Translations under genes and position numbers: made by a program
Part shown: positions 47,201 through 59,608 of the stretch, piece by piece
Numbering within the stretch: position 1 is the stretch's first letter
Layout: each line of letters begins with the position of its first letter
Notes under the pieces: model-generated
Databases searched by the model: none
What the model was told of the DNA's origin: nothing
The model's input: only the letters and a program-made list of their open reading frames with translations
Source: Squalus acanthias
Lineage: Eukaryota
DNA length: 64,000 nt
Assembly: GCA_030390025.1 (NCBI GenBank)
Contig: CM059432.1
Coordinates: forward strand, 54,438,001-54,502,000
Direction: 5' to 3'

Positions 47201-47502
47201 CCTGCGACTTCTTCCACCTAGAAGGACAAGGGCAGCAGGCGCATGGGAACGCTACCACCTCCAAGTTCCCCTCCAAGTCACACACCATCCTGACTTAGAA
47301 CTATATCGTCGATCCTTCATTGTCGCTGGGTCAAAATCCTGGAACTCCCTCCCTAACAGCACTGTGGGAGTACCTTCACCACACGGGCTGCAGCGGTTCA
47401 AGAACGCAGCTCACCACCACCTTCTCGAGGGCAATTAGGGATGGGCAATAAATGCTGGGCTTGCCAGCGACGCCCACATCCCATAAACAAATTAAAAAAA
47501 AA
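44228..47502 (+). mobile_element. Essentially full-length CR1 family B LINE: tRNA-derived head, Meta-like body, single APE-RT ORF, short hairpin 3' UTR and A-tail
   Basis: B-box GTTCAAATCC 44288-44297; body 44401-44528; ORF remnants 44649-47438; tail GGGATGGGC..GCCCACATCCC + A-run. Confidence 0.93.
44649..47438 (+). pseudogene. APE endonuclease + reverse transcriptase ORF of family B LINE, multiple frameshifts/stops
   Basis: [63 protein letters not shown]. Confidence 0.93.
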
Positions 47503-49092
47503 CTCCATGTTGAATTGTTCCCCATTATGTGCTCTCCAATGTTTCTAGATGTTCTGAAAGCACTTTGAATTATGCCAGTACACAAGAAAACACACCGGAA
47601 GCACCAAAAAATCATATAGCAGCACTCAAGGTCTGGCATCTCTGTGATTTCACTAGGAAAGAATTGCAACAAAGCATGGAACCACAGATGCCACCACTTG
47701 TCAACACAATGAAACTTACAAATGCTCGGATGTCGTCTCCACCCAAAATATCTTCTCTTCCATAGCCTTAATTTTTTTTTAACAATCACCCGTTAGTGGT
47801 CATATGGAATTTTGTAGGCATAGTAATTACATATAATATATATACTGACTGTTCTTTTCTGGTAATTTGCCACAGATTACCATTCGGCACTTGTATTTGT
47901 AGCACAGTTGTTAATGCTTCAGTCATCACACAGCAGCTGCTTAAAGCGTGCTGAGAACCAGTGACCACTATGACATCTGCCACAGGAAAGAAAAGAAATG
48001 GAATGTAACAGATCACAGTAAATTATAAACTTCTTGAACTTTGTTCTTGGAATTAAAACATCATATGAGCACCTCTGCTTTCTATTCACTCCACTAGTCT
48101 CTATGTGAATGGCACTCAGCTCTTTTAATGTGCTGTTCCATGGGAGGAAAGTCGAAGGAGCAGAAGTAACAGCTGAGCTGCATTAGAAATATTTGCATTG
48201 CGATATCAAGGTGGACTTTTTTGTCGAAGAGGTACTGAAAAGAAAGAAAAACGTAGCTCGGGGTGTAATATACAGGGCTCTCATTCCAACAGAGAGGAAG
48301 AATGTCAGACATCATCTGGCTCTGAAAATTAATATATTTTTGCAGGTCAAGAGGTCAGGTTATGAGTGTCTCATGTGATTTAATATGTTGTCAGCTGGTC
48401 TCACAAGAAGCTATGTGCCAGAAAAGGACCATGATGGGCATTAGTGATGAATCTAATACTTCCAGTATATGCTAGCCCTGGTGCAGTGTTGACATCATTT
48501 ATTTTGGCCACTCATAGCATTATGTCGGAGCTCCATATATAAATGAATGCACAGAGTACAATTTACCAGCTTCCTGTACTGCTGCTGAATTTTCCTTTGA
48601 TTGCAAATAAGTAAAAGACGAATGTTATGCCAACTATAGCTGAAGTGCTGTCGGCACAAAAAAATCAATGCAAGACTACTTCCAAGAGGTTTTTACCATT
48701 ATCCTGATAGGAAAATTCCATTGCACCAGCACAAATTGTGTACCCTTGTGCCAAACAGAAAATTTAGCCCCCCAAAATATAAGTATCCCTGTTTTAAAAT
48801 TTAATAACAGCAAAATGGTACAAGTCAATCTGTAATATGGAATAAAATGACAGCCAGGTCAGATTCAAGAAAGTAAAGTAGTGAATAAATATTCATTTTC
48901 ATCTCATTTCAAGCTGCCTTTTTGAGTTAAAACCTACAAATCACATTCATTTTAAAGGATTTGCAACATAATACAGATAAATGCTTGGAAACTTGTAATT
49001 AAAATTACTTTTGTAAAAGGCAAGTCATGTCTGCCAAATTTAATAGAGTCCTTGAAGGAAATAATGGAATGTATTGATAAAGATAAAGTAAT

Positions 49093-49851
49093 GGTCCGCA
49101 TTTTCCGATGCCTACGGATGTGTACGGGCTGTGTACACACTCGTAGGGACATCGGAAATGCCGGTTTCAGGCATGCGAAGCGCATGTGCTGAAAACCGGC
49201 ACTTCCGATCTGTCAAGAACCTTCTTGACAGATCGGACGCCTGCCCTGGAGAAGGGCCTCTGCGGGTGGAGTGTTCCGCTTTCTGCAGAACCTCCACCCG
49301 CTGAAATCACTTAAAAATCTTACGCCTGATAAAAGCAGGCGTAAGGCCTGCTTTTACCAGCATAAGAGTTTAAAAAAGTTAAAAAAATATTTTTTTTCAC
49401 TCATTTATAATTTTAAAATACTTTTAAAAAAGGTAAGTTTATTTTTAGCCCCGTAAAAAAACTTTAATTATTTTTTCAAAAAATTAAATTTTTGTTTAAA
49501 ATATTTAATTTAATGTAATTTTAACTCATTTTAAAAACGTGATTTAAAAAAAAATTATTTAATGTTTTAGTGTCTTTTTGGGGTGATCTCCATTCATACT
49601 TTTGACAGGTCTATCTGTCAAAAGTATGAAGGGAGATTCCCTTCTTTCATTGGCTCGCCTGTCCCACGTGATGCCAGAGACGCTTGCAAACCGCATGCGC
49701 CCCTGGGATACGTGGGCCCTGCGCATTTTGACTGTGGAGAGGCCCAGGAGCGGAAGTGTCCGGACCTCGGGAGCCCTCAGGTAAGTGCGTAGATTTTTTT
49801 CCAATAGGAGGCATACGCACGCAGGAAGCCTCCTGTTGGAAATTACGGGCC
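49093..49851 (+). mobile_element. Harbinger-type MITE with AT-rich core
   Basis: TIRs GGTCCGCATTTTCC / GGAAATTACGGGCC, TSD AAT. Confidence 0.88.
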
Positions 49852-52087
49852 AATGTCATGTATGTAGATTTTCAAAAGATGTTTGATAAGGTGTCGCATA
49901 GAAGGGTTGCTAATAAAATTAAAAGGAACGTGGCAGCCTGGACAGGAAGTTGGTTAATGAGGGGTCGCTTTTCAATTCTGGCATACAATGGGCAGCCAAT
50001 GGGCGGGGCATCCACTCCATCCACCTACCTGCCCAATGACGTCGGCGGGAGGCCCGATCACTTTTCATGATCAGGTCTCATTTAAATACAGGAGACAAGC
50101 TGTCAACGCTAATCACGCTGCTTATAGGCTGCTCACTGTTTGGAACGAAATCGGGTAGGCCTGGTTCTGGATGTCTTCCAGGGAGCTTCCGTAACATATC
50201 GAAGATGGTGGAGGAGTCCACTACCAACTTCTGAGCAAAGCACTGACGCTCTGCAACCAACCATGGAGCATGTGGTCACCTCAGTGGACACTGCTGCTGG
50301 GCCCTCCTTGCAGGAGTAGGTGGCCCCAGTAGTAGCATCTCAGGGATGTTCATACTGGGACCATGCAGGATCTGGGCTGCACCATCTCCTTCCCCCTTGG
50401 ATAGGCTAGGGCACGGCTGGATTATGGCTACTGTCACATCGCAGATCTCCTCGCATATCAGTGCGAGAGCATTGAGCCACATCCCGATAGCAGGGGCAGT
50501 CATGCAAAGGGTGTGGACCATGTTGCCCTCTCTCAGGATGGCAGCACATCCACAACCTCGCAAATCCCCCTCAACCAATGCCCACACTGGTGCCAGAAAG
50601 ACAGCTGGGCCTGACCGCCCTGGCAGCCATGGAGATGCTGCAGTCAGCAGCCAGGCCCTCTCACACCCATTCCTAGATATCACGTGCCACAAGCAACTCA
50701 CGAGCCCTTGACTGAGCCACAGTGGGTAAAATTACAGAAGATCAGTGGGAGATGTTCAAAAAAGAATTTAACGTGATACAGAACTAGTTTATACTCCTGA
50801 GGGGCAAGAGCTCTACTTGCCAAAAAAACCAGCCATGGACAACTAAAGAGGTAAGGGACAGCATAAAACTAAAAGAAAAAGCATACAAAAATGCAAAAAA
50901 TAGCACAGATCCTGGCAAATGGGAAAAATACAAAGAGCAGCAAAGGGTCTCAAAACAGAGCGTAAGAGCTACAAAAAGGGACTATGAAAAGAAACTTGCA
51001 AGGGATATCAAAATCAATACCACAAATTTTTACAATTACATTAGGAAAAAGAGCGTAGTCAGGAGCAATGTTGGCCCCTTAAAAATCAAAAGCGGTGATA
51101 TTGTTAATGACAATAAGGAAATGGTGGACATGTTGAATAATTACTTTGCATCAGTATTTACAGTAGAAGAACAGGATAGAATGCCAGAAATCCCAAGGAA
51201 ACTAATATTGAATCGGGGACAGGGACTCATTAAAATTAAAGAAAGTAATGAAGAAAATAATGGCACTAAAGAGTGGCAAATCCCCAGGACCAGATGGTTT
51301 CCATCCCAGGGATTTAAAGGAAGTAGGTGAGCACATTGCAGATGCCCTAATTATAATCTTCCAAAGTTCTCTCGATTCAGGAACCATTCCTTTAGATTGG
51401 AAAATTGGGTATGTCACTCCGCTATTTAAGAATGGCGAGAGAGGGAAAGCAGGGAATTATAGACCAGTTAGCCTAACATCTGTTGTCGGGAAATTGCTAG
51501 TCTATAGTTAAGGATAGGGTGACTGAACACCTTGAACATTTTCAGTTGATCAGAGAGAGCCAGCATGGATTTGTGAAAGGTAGGTCATGCCTGACAAACC
51601 TGATTGAATTTTTTGAAGAGGTGACTAAAGTAGTAGACAGGGGAATGTCTATGGATGTTAGTTATATGGACTTTCAGAAGGCATTTGATAAAGTCCCACA
51701 TAAGAGACTATTAACTACGGTAGAAGCCTACGGAGTTGAGGGAAAATTATTGACCTGGTTAGGAAATTGGCTGAGCGCAGGAGAAAGAGAATAGGGGTAA
51801 TGTGTAGGTACTCAAATTGGCAGGATGTGACTAGTGGTGTTCCGTAGGGATCTCTGTTGAGGCCTCAACAATTCACAGTATTTATTAACGTCTTAGATGA
51901 TGGCATAGAAAGTCATATATCCAAATTTGCCGATTCACAAAGATAGGTGGCATTGTAGGCAGTATAGATGAAAGCATAAAATTACAAAGAGATATTTCTA
52001 GATTAAGTGAATGAGCAAAACTGTGGCAAATGGATTTCAATCTAAGCAAATGTGAGGTCATCCACTTTGGACCTAAACAGGATAGAA

Positions 52088-52517
52088 AAACATAGAAACA
52101 TAGAATCTAGGAGCAGGAGTAGGCCATTCGGCCCATCGAGCCTGCTCCGCCATTCAATACGATCATGGCTGATCATCCAAATCCAGTACCCTGTCCCTGC
52201 CTTAATCCCCACAGTACACACATCCCACCCTACCCCCATAACCCCACGTATTTAATTCCCCCTAACATATCCCATCCTATCCCCATAACCCCACATATTT
52301 AATTCCCCCTAACACTAAGGGTCAATTTATCATAGCCAAATCAACCTAACCCACACATTTTTGGACTGTGGGAGGAAACCGGAGCACCCGGAGGAAACCC
52401 ACGCAGACACGGGGAGAATGTGCAAACTCCACACAGACAGTCACCCGAGATCAGATTCGAACCCGGGTCTCTGGCGCTGTGAGGCACCAGTGCTAACCAC
52501 TATGCCACCGTGTTGCC
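52088..52517 (-). mobile_element. HE1-type V-SINE
   Basis: tRNA head with A/B boxes, V-domain TGCGTGGGTTTCCTCCGGGTGCTCCGGTTTCCTCCCACA, CR1 family A 3' tail. Confidence 0.93.
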
Positions 52518-53122
52518 AGAACAGGGTGCTTTCTAAATGGTGAAAAGCTAAAAACAGTGGAGGTCCAAAGAGACTTGGGGGTCCAGATACATTGATCATT
52601 AAAATGTCATGAACAGGTACAGAAAATAATCAAAAAGGCTAATGGAATGCTGGCCTTTATATCTAGAGGACTAGAATACAAGGGGGTAGAAGTTATGCTG
52701 CAGCTATACAAAACCCTGGTTAGACCACAGCTGGAGTACTGCGAGCAGTTCTGGGCACCACACTTCAGGAAGGATATATTGGCCTTGGAGGGAATACAGC
52801 ATAGGTTTACCAGAATGATACCCGGACTTCAAGGGTTAAGTTACGAGGAGAGATTACACAAATTAGAGTTATATTCTCTAGAATTTAGAAGGTTAAGGGG
52901 TGAGCTCATTGAAGTTTTCAAGATATTAAGGGGAACTGATAGAGTAGTTAGAGAGAAACTATTTTCGCTGGTTGGGGATTCTAGGACTAAAAATTAGAGC
53001 CAGACCTTTCCGGAGTGAAATTAGGAAACACTTCTACACACAAAGGGTGGTAGAAGTTTGGAACTCTCTTCTGCAAATGACAATTGATGCTCGATTAATT
53101 GTTAATTTTAAATCTGAGATTG

Positions 53123-53557
53123 GGCAACACGGTGGCATAGTGGTTAGCACTGGTGTCTCACAGCGCCAGGGACCCGGGTTCGAATCTGACCTCGGGTGAC
53201 TGTCTGTGTGGAGTTTGCACATTCTCCCCGTGTCTGCGTGGGTTTCCTCCGGGTGCTCCGGTTTCCTCCCACAGTCCAAAAATTTGCGGGTTAGGTTGAT
53301 TTGGCTATGATAAATTGACCCTTAGTGTTAGGGGGGGATTAAATATGTGGGGTTATGGGGATAGGATGGGATATGTTAGGGGGAATTAAATACGTGGGGT
53401 TACGGGGGTAGGGTGGGATATGTGTACTGTGGGGATTAAAGCAGGGACAGGGTACTGGATTTGGATGATCAGCCATGATCGTATTGAATGGTGGAGCAGG
53501 CTCGACGGGCCGAATGGCCTACTCCTGCTCCTAGATTCTATGTTTCCATGTTTCTAT
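53123..53557 (+). mobile_element. HE1-type V-SINE
   Basis: GGTGGCATAGTGG A-box, GGTTCGAATC B-box, V-domain, CR1 tail, TSD GATTG. Confidence 0.95.
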
Positions 53558-53878
53558 GATTGATAGTTTTTTGTTAACCAAATGTATTGAGGGATATGGG
53601 CCAAAGGCAGGTATATGGAGTTAGGTCGCAAATCAGCCATGATCTCATTGAATGGCGAAACAGGCTCAAGGGGCTCAATGGCCTACTCCTGTTCCTATGT
53701 TCCTAGAAGCCTTCCACCTCCTATCCTGAAGCCACTGAGGGACTATATCATATGAATAGTACAGTACGTAAGAGATCAGTTAAGCCAAGGCACTATGGGC
53801 TCACACTGGGTGATTATTGTGGAATTTGTGGGTTTGTAGGCATTTGTGTAAACCAGTAAGAATATAAAGCAATTTGAA

Positions 53879-54563
53879 ATTCCAATTTTAACTCAGGGCA
53901 AGAGTGTGGCGTGGAGCGACAAGCTCGCAGGGTTGCGCCAGCGGGAGGCCCAAGTCATTTTAACTGTCGGGCCTCATTTAAATTTTTTATTCATACTCCT
54001 GCCAGAACCCAGTGTGCATAATGAGATGGTCAGCAGGCAGGAGCAGGAAATTGCACAGCAGCAGGCCAACACCAGGAACTCAAGGAAATAGTCCCCGGCA
54101 CAACTGAGTGATAAGGGTGGGGGGGGTCTGAGGTGACCATGGTCCCATGAAAGGGAAGGGAAGCCTGGACCGGGGAGTACAAGGGTTCCTGTAGGACGGG
54201 AGGAACAGTCCTGCTCTTCCTGGCCTGCAAGGCATCCTTCAAAAAATTAAAAATATTTGCTTACCTCCGCCTCTTCTGTCCCTGGGTCCAGGTCGGGGCA
54301 GAATCCCCAGGAGCAGTCGGCACTGTGTGCGACTCACACAGCCCAGTGTTAAAATAGTGTCAGGGTCTGAATCACATCGCCGCACCCCAACTTTTAAATA
54401 TTCATATATGCTTACAGCAAGGGCCTCACACGCTTCCCGAAGAACAGGAGTTAAAATAGCAGCTGGCAGGAGTGCAGTGTCCAAGGGGACGTAAGTAATC
54501 TGTCTATATTTTAACCCCCACATGCCCTGTTCTCACCGGGCACAGAGGGGTTAAAATTGGGGC
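53879..54563. mobile_element. MITE-like element
   Basis: TIRs CCAATTTTAAC / GTTAAAATTGG; shared CCTGCTCTTCCTGGC..CTTAC motif. Confidence 0.65.
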
Positions 54564-54735
54564 TTTTGTGTGCAGAGTGTTCCTGTCGTATCTATTGATC
54601 CTGAAATTTCACGTGACATGTATCTCAATGCCAGTCTTTTGGCAGTAGTAGGTTATTGCAGGGTAGAAGGACTGGGAGAGACATTAGACGGTTAATGCGG
54701 GGGGGGGGGGGGTGGGGGGTGGGGGCAGGGATTGT

Positions 54736-56010
54736 TCAACTGAAGCACTCTTCAATGAGCCGTTGCTGAAGAGCTCTGGCTGCAGGCTGGTGTTGGTGCC
54801 CTCCTGCTTCTTTGCCATCTGTGTTGTCTTCATCGTCTGGTTGAAGATCATCATCCAATGGTAACTCCGTGTTGTCCCTGTTGCAGAGCAATGTTATGCA
54901 GCATACAGCCAACCATGTTGATACGGGACACTCTGGGCTATATAGGAGGAAGCCACCAGACCTGTCCAGGAGCACTCGATGATATGCTCGATGAGGGCTC
55001 TGGTTGACCCATGGATCTGACTTTAGCACAGTTTGGCCAGTGAGCGTGGGCCTCTGAGTTGAGTCATGAGCCAAGTGTGCAAGGATAGCCCTTGTCCCCA
55101 AGCAGCCAACCTCTCAATTAGGGTTGGGATGGAGGATTGGTGCAAGGTAAAGCTCTCATGTCAGATACCAAGTAAGTGGGCACAGACCTGCATGATGTGC
55201 TGCTGGTGATCACACACCAGTTGCACATTAATAGAATGGAAGGTATTGGGATTCATGAAGGCAGCAGGCTCATCTGCAGGAGCCCGCATGGTGATTTGCA
55301 CATTCTCCCCGTGTCTGCGTGGGTTTCCTCCGGGTGCTCCGGTTTCCTCCCACAGTCCAAAAATGTGTGGGTTAGGTTGATTTGGCTATGATAAATTGAC
55401 CCTTAGTGTTAGGGGGGATTAAATATGTGGGGTTATGGGGATAGGATGGGATATGTTAGGGGGAATTAAATATGTGGGGTTACGCGGGTAGGGTGGGATA
55501 TGTGTACTGTGGGGATTAAAGCAGGGACAGGGTACTGGATTTGGATGATCAGCCATGATCGTATTGAATGGCGGAGCAGGCTCGATGGGCCGAATGGCCT
55601 ACTCCTGCTCCTAGATTCTATGTTTCTATGTTTCTATGTGATGTGGGTGCAGTCAATGACACCCTAGACTCGGGGGAAGCCTGTAATCTGCGTGAATCCC
55701 ACAGCCCTATCCTGCTGTTTCTGATTGTCCATGGGGAACATGATGTAATTGTTTGCTTTAACAAACAAAGCATTTGTCATCTGCTTAATACAAGCATTAA
55801 CTAATATTGCCTGTTGCAGCCTGCAAGGAGTTGGGGGCCTAGAAGTTGAGGGCCGTAGTGACCTTGACTGCAACAGGCAACACAGTGCCAGCTGTGGCAA
55901 TTGGTTGCCGCTCTTGTTGTAGGAGGCAACCTAGTTCTTTGACAGCCTCTCTGAAGAAGCGCAGCCTCCTTATGCACTACTCCTCTGAGAATTGCAGGTA
56001 TGTGAAGGTT
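54736..56010 (-). pseudogene. Harbinger (HARBI1-like) DDE transposase, near full length but disrupted
   Basis: YLQFSEE*CIRRLRF, GVIDCTHI, FHSINVQLVCD, WLLGDKGYP, TRALIEH, LDRSGG.L.YSP; split by a SINE just after the first catalytic Asp motif. Confidence 0.92.
55296..55637 (+). mobile_element. 5'-truncated HE1-type V-SINE
   Basis: Near-identical to 53213-53557; TSD GTGAT. Confidence 0.93.
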
Positions 56011-57056
56011 GTCCAGCCACTACAAGAATTTATAAAGTGATTCGGTAGTCTAAAATGACTGTGGACTAACAACAAGATGTCTGCCAAACATTTACAGTGA
56101 TTTAAATGAGAGCAGGTGAGGATTCCTTTAAGGAGTGTTGGAAATGATCGCCTGCCACCCTGTACCACCCATGATTTGTGGGCAGGTTGAGGACTTAGCA
56201 CTGATTTACACAAAAACAGCATTTAGATCCTAACAACATCATAGGATCCTTATTTGAATGTATTTATTTAGCCCTTGTCTGTTTCCGGCAGGAGCGCTGA
56301 CAACCTAAGTCGAGATCTGCCGAAAAATTGGAATGGTGAGTCAGTAATTTTTTTCTCCGTTTTTGACCCGCTAAACCCCAAGAAATGGGGTGGGAGGCAG
56401 ACGAAAATCAGCCCCTGAATGTCTTTCAGATTGGTGGGGTGTAAGCAGTGGTGTCTCCCAAGGGTCAGTATAGGTGCTATTAATCTTATATATATAAATA
56501 TACACACAAATTATCTGAACTAGGGTATGGGGGCATTATATCAAAATTTGCAAATGGCATAAAAATAGGGAGTGTTGTTAAATGTGAAGAGGACTATAAG
56601 CAACTTCGGGAGAACATAAACAAGTTAGTAGATTGGGCAAATAGATGTCAAATAATGTTTAATGTGGAGAAACGTGAGTTTTGGAAGGAAGAACAAGGAG
56701 AGGAATTAGATACTAAATGGTTAAACTTTAAAGGAGTACTGGAGCAAAGAGACTTAGAGGATCAGGTACACAAATCTTTAAAAGTACAAGCTGTAAGAAA
56801 AGCATATAGGATTCTAGGTTTTTTTAAATAGGGGTATAGAACACAAAAGCAAAGAGGCAAGACTAAACCTGTGCAAATCATTGATTAGGCCACAGTTAGA
56901 ATATTCTGTCCAGTTTTTGATGTCCTACTTAGAAAAGATGTCACAGTCATGGAGAGGATGTAGAAAAGATTCACTAAAATGATCCCAGGGATGAGAGGCT
57001 TTAGTTATGAGGCGAGACTAGAACAACTGGGGTTCTTTTCATTAGACCTGGGCACA

Positions 57057-57410
57057 GGGGTATGGCAACATAGTGGTTATGTTACTGGGTTAGTAATCCA
57101 GAGGCCTGGACTAATGATCTGGAAATATGAGTTCAAATCTTGCCATTTTAAATTCAGTTAAATAAATCTGGAATTAAAAAGCCTAGTGTCTGTAACAGTA
57201 ACCATGAAACTACCAGATTGTCAGAAAAACCCACCAGGTTCACTAATGCCCTTTAATTTTCACCTACCCTAAAATTACCCAGTCTGACCTATGTGTGACT
57301 CCAGGCACAGCAATGTGGTTGACTCTGAAATGGCCTAGCAAGCCACTCTGTTGGATCAAACCGATATAAAAAAGCCAAGTTTTCTTTGATAGCACCTCCC
57401 AAACCCACCT
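57057..57410 (+). mobile_element. tRNA/Meta-like head of family B joined to a short piece of its 3' ORF region (SINE-like derivative)
   Basis: Colinear with 44228-44535, then TTCTTTGATAGCACCTCCCAAACC matching ~47180-47202. Confidence 0.8.
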
Positions 57411-57419
57411 TGACAGCTA

Positions 57420-58148
57420 CAGGCAGTGCTGCCCATGCCCTAGTACGAGGCTCAAATTGTAGCTGGAATAGGTGGGATAGCTCAATGACAGTCTACTGTG
57501 TGAAGCAAAGGAATCTGAGGCATTGCTCCTTAGTGGCATTCATGTAGAAGTGTTCCCTGAAGAGCCACTGTGGGTACAACCTCCTGCATAGCACCCTTCT
57601 CCTCCCTCTTCTGTAAGCTGCTCCAGCTCTATCCTGTCTTCCTTGCTGCTTCCCCTTGTCCTCTAGCCCCAAGACAACCCCACCAGACCACCCATGACCA
57701 CAGCACAAGTGTTGTGAAGACAGCCAAAAGCAGTGCAGCACCAGCAAAAACTGCTCAGAATTAGGTTTTCACAGTCAGAAAACAGGCAAGAAAACGCCAA
57801 GAAGTTAACCAACAGCCTCAAATGACAAACCAGTAACTAACCTTGGATGAGCCCTTTAAATAGCACTGCTGATGGGTCTTTCCTGCCTGGTACCCCCACG
57901 AGTTGCTGGGCGGTTTTATCACGTGGCGAGTCAGGCACTGGGGCAGTCCAATGCCAACAAGCTTAGGACACTTTGTGATTTAAATAGTTCTAGTGTGTGT
58001 CGTCGACACCTACAGAGCAGCCAAATCTAATATGGCGGATGCGCACTTCCAGCATGTAATGAGCATGTGGCCCCGCCCATCATATGGGATGCTTAGGCGC
58101 CTGTTTTGCTCTTGAATAACGGGCACAGCGCCATCAAATTTCTAGGCC
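57420..58148 (-). mobile_element. Terminal fragment of a Harbinger element with transposase N-terminus
   Basis: ORF 57493-57747 RRLYPQWLFRE..YMNATKEQCLRFLCF; terminus AAATTTCTAGGCC. Confidence 0.7.
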
Positions 58149-59421
58149 TATATGTTTTTTAAAATATTTTGCATTATAATCACTTTACATTTTTAATAGT
58201 TTTAATTTTTTATAAGAAATATTTCTGCCTAACTTCAACACATAAATAGTGTATGTGCACAACATAATTTGCCAACAGCCCTCAATTAAAGTATGATACA
58301 CTGGGTGCTGTCAGGATCTGGAGTCATTACCTCCAACATAATTAGAAATGTACCTGAAATCTTACAAAAATACAGCATTGCAGTTTTAATAATCCTCTGG
58401 AGACACTCTAAGAGTATCGCTAGTGATGAGTTTATTTCATTCCAATATTAACTGGCCACAACCACTGAGAAAATCACTAGACAGTTTCCAGAGAAGGTCA
58501 AATGTTAGGAAGAAAGTAGCTTTTACCTTGTGTGAATGTAAGTATATATTTTCAACAAATAGTATAGATGCCTTTATGAAACAGAGATTAAGTATTGTAG
58601 ATGATAAAGGTGGATGAAAGGTGTGTAATTCTCTTTACATCTTGGTTTCTACAAGGTTCCAACCATTTATCAGTATTCAGCCCAAGAATCCTTTAAAATG
58701 CATGTGATGTGTGGGTTTTAACTTGAATAGATGCGCTGCATGCTGAGACATAACCAGTAGACACACACTTTCAGAAATGTGAAGGTTGCAGTGACAAAAA
58801 CTGTGACAATAACGGAAGGGTACTGAGCTCAGGATCAGGTAATGAGGGAAATATCTTTGTAAAGATCAATACAAAGAAATACAACGTGGAGAGCTTGAGT
58901 CAGTCTGACAGGCGAAATGAGACTAGAACCTGTCAGCAGCTACTCAACAGTATCGCTAGGCACCATGTGCCCTTGGTGAATATAAGAAAAGCTTTTTTTT
59001 TACTTACGGTTTCCTAGCCAGTTTAATGAAACGTTTTACTTGATTGCTGCTTTAGTCATTCCTGCCACTGAAACTTACAGTACAAACTTGATAAGACTTC
59101 GCTCTTTGGAAATGATTGCAATTAGTTCCATCCCTTTTTTTTCTCTTCCTCTATATATCCTGACCTTGGTATTTTAACGTTACAAGCAATTAACTGTGGT
59201 CTGGATTCAAACTTTAACTACAAATTTGCACTACAACTTTCAAAGGTGGCAGTTCAAATAATTAAAATAGCAAAGCAATTTAATTAACTCTTACATTAGT
59301 TGTGTATTATATTACAGAATTTTGCTCTTTCAGCTAAGGTTAACTGGATAAAAAGGTAACAATCTATTTGACAATTGTCATATGTTAGAAAAGATGCAGA
59401 CTGAAAAAAAACATAGATAGC

Positions 59422-59608
59422 AAGAAAAAAGCGTGAATGCTGGAAATCTGAAATAAAAACAGAAAATGTTGGAAGCATGAGAAAAGTTAAAATTTTGGAT
59501 GGGTCCCATCATCAGTCATGACAGATTGTCCCACTCAATACTTTATCCTTTCTTTCTCAGATGTTGACTAGCCTGCTGTGCATTTGCAGTATTTTCTGTC
59601 TTTATTTA
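59422..59608. mobile_element. Degraded Penelope-derived fold-back repeat
   Basis: Both arms resemble 27320-27410 (CAGATG..CCTGCTG..CAG(C/T)ATTTTCTG); arms are roughly inverted. Confidence 0.55.

Larger units (their letters stand above)
50725..53704 (+). mobile_element. 5'-truncated CR1 family A-related LINE, interrupted by two SINEs
   Basis: KSPGPDGFHP, QHGFVKGRSCLTNL, YMDFQKAFD, LVRPQLEYC; (TTCCTATG) tail. Confidence 0.93.
49961..56415. mobile_element. Decayed PIF/Harbinger transposon with nested CR1, SINEs and MITE
   Basis: TIRs GGGGTCGCTTTTC / GAAAATCAGCCCC, TSD TGA (49958-49960, 56416-56418), host CR1 resumes; contains transposase pseudogene and Myb-gene 3' remnant (~50190-50720, +). 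Confidence 0.85.
48955..57045 (+). mobile_element. Ancient CR1 RT fragment in three pieces (48955-49092, 49855-49960, 56419-57045) split by a MITE and a Harbinger
   Basis: FVKGKSCL.NL | YVDFQK.FDKV.H | SGVSQGSV...; colinear once inserts are removed. Confidence 0.8.

Noticed and set aside
47549..47630. 82-nt open segment as an exon
   Set aside because: Weak donor (GTCTGG) and no recognisable protein
53123..53200. tRNA genes (also 44228, 52440, 57057)
   Set aside because: tRNA-derived retroposon heads continuing into SINE/LINE bodies; no full cloverleaf
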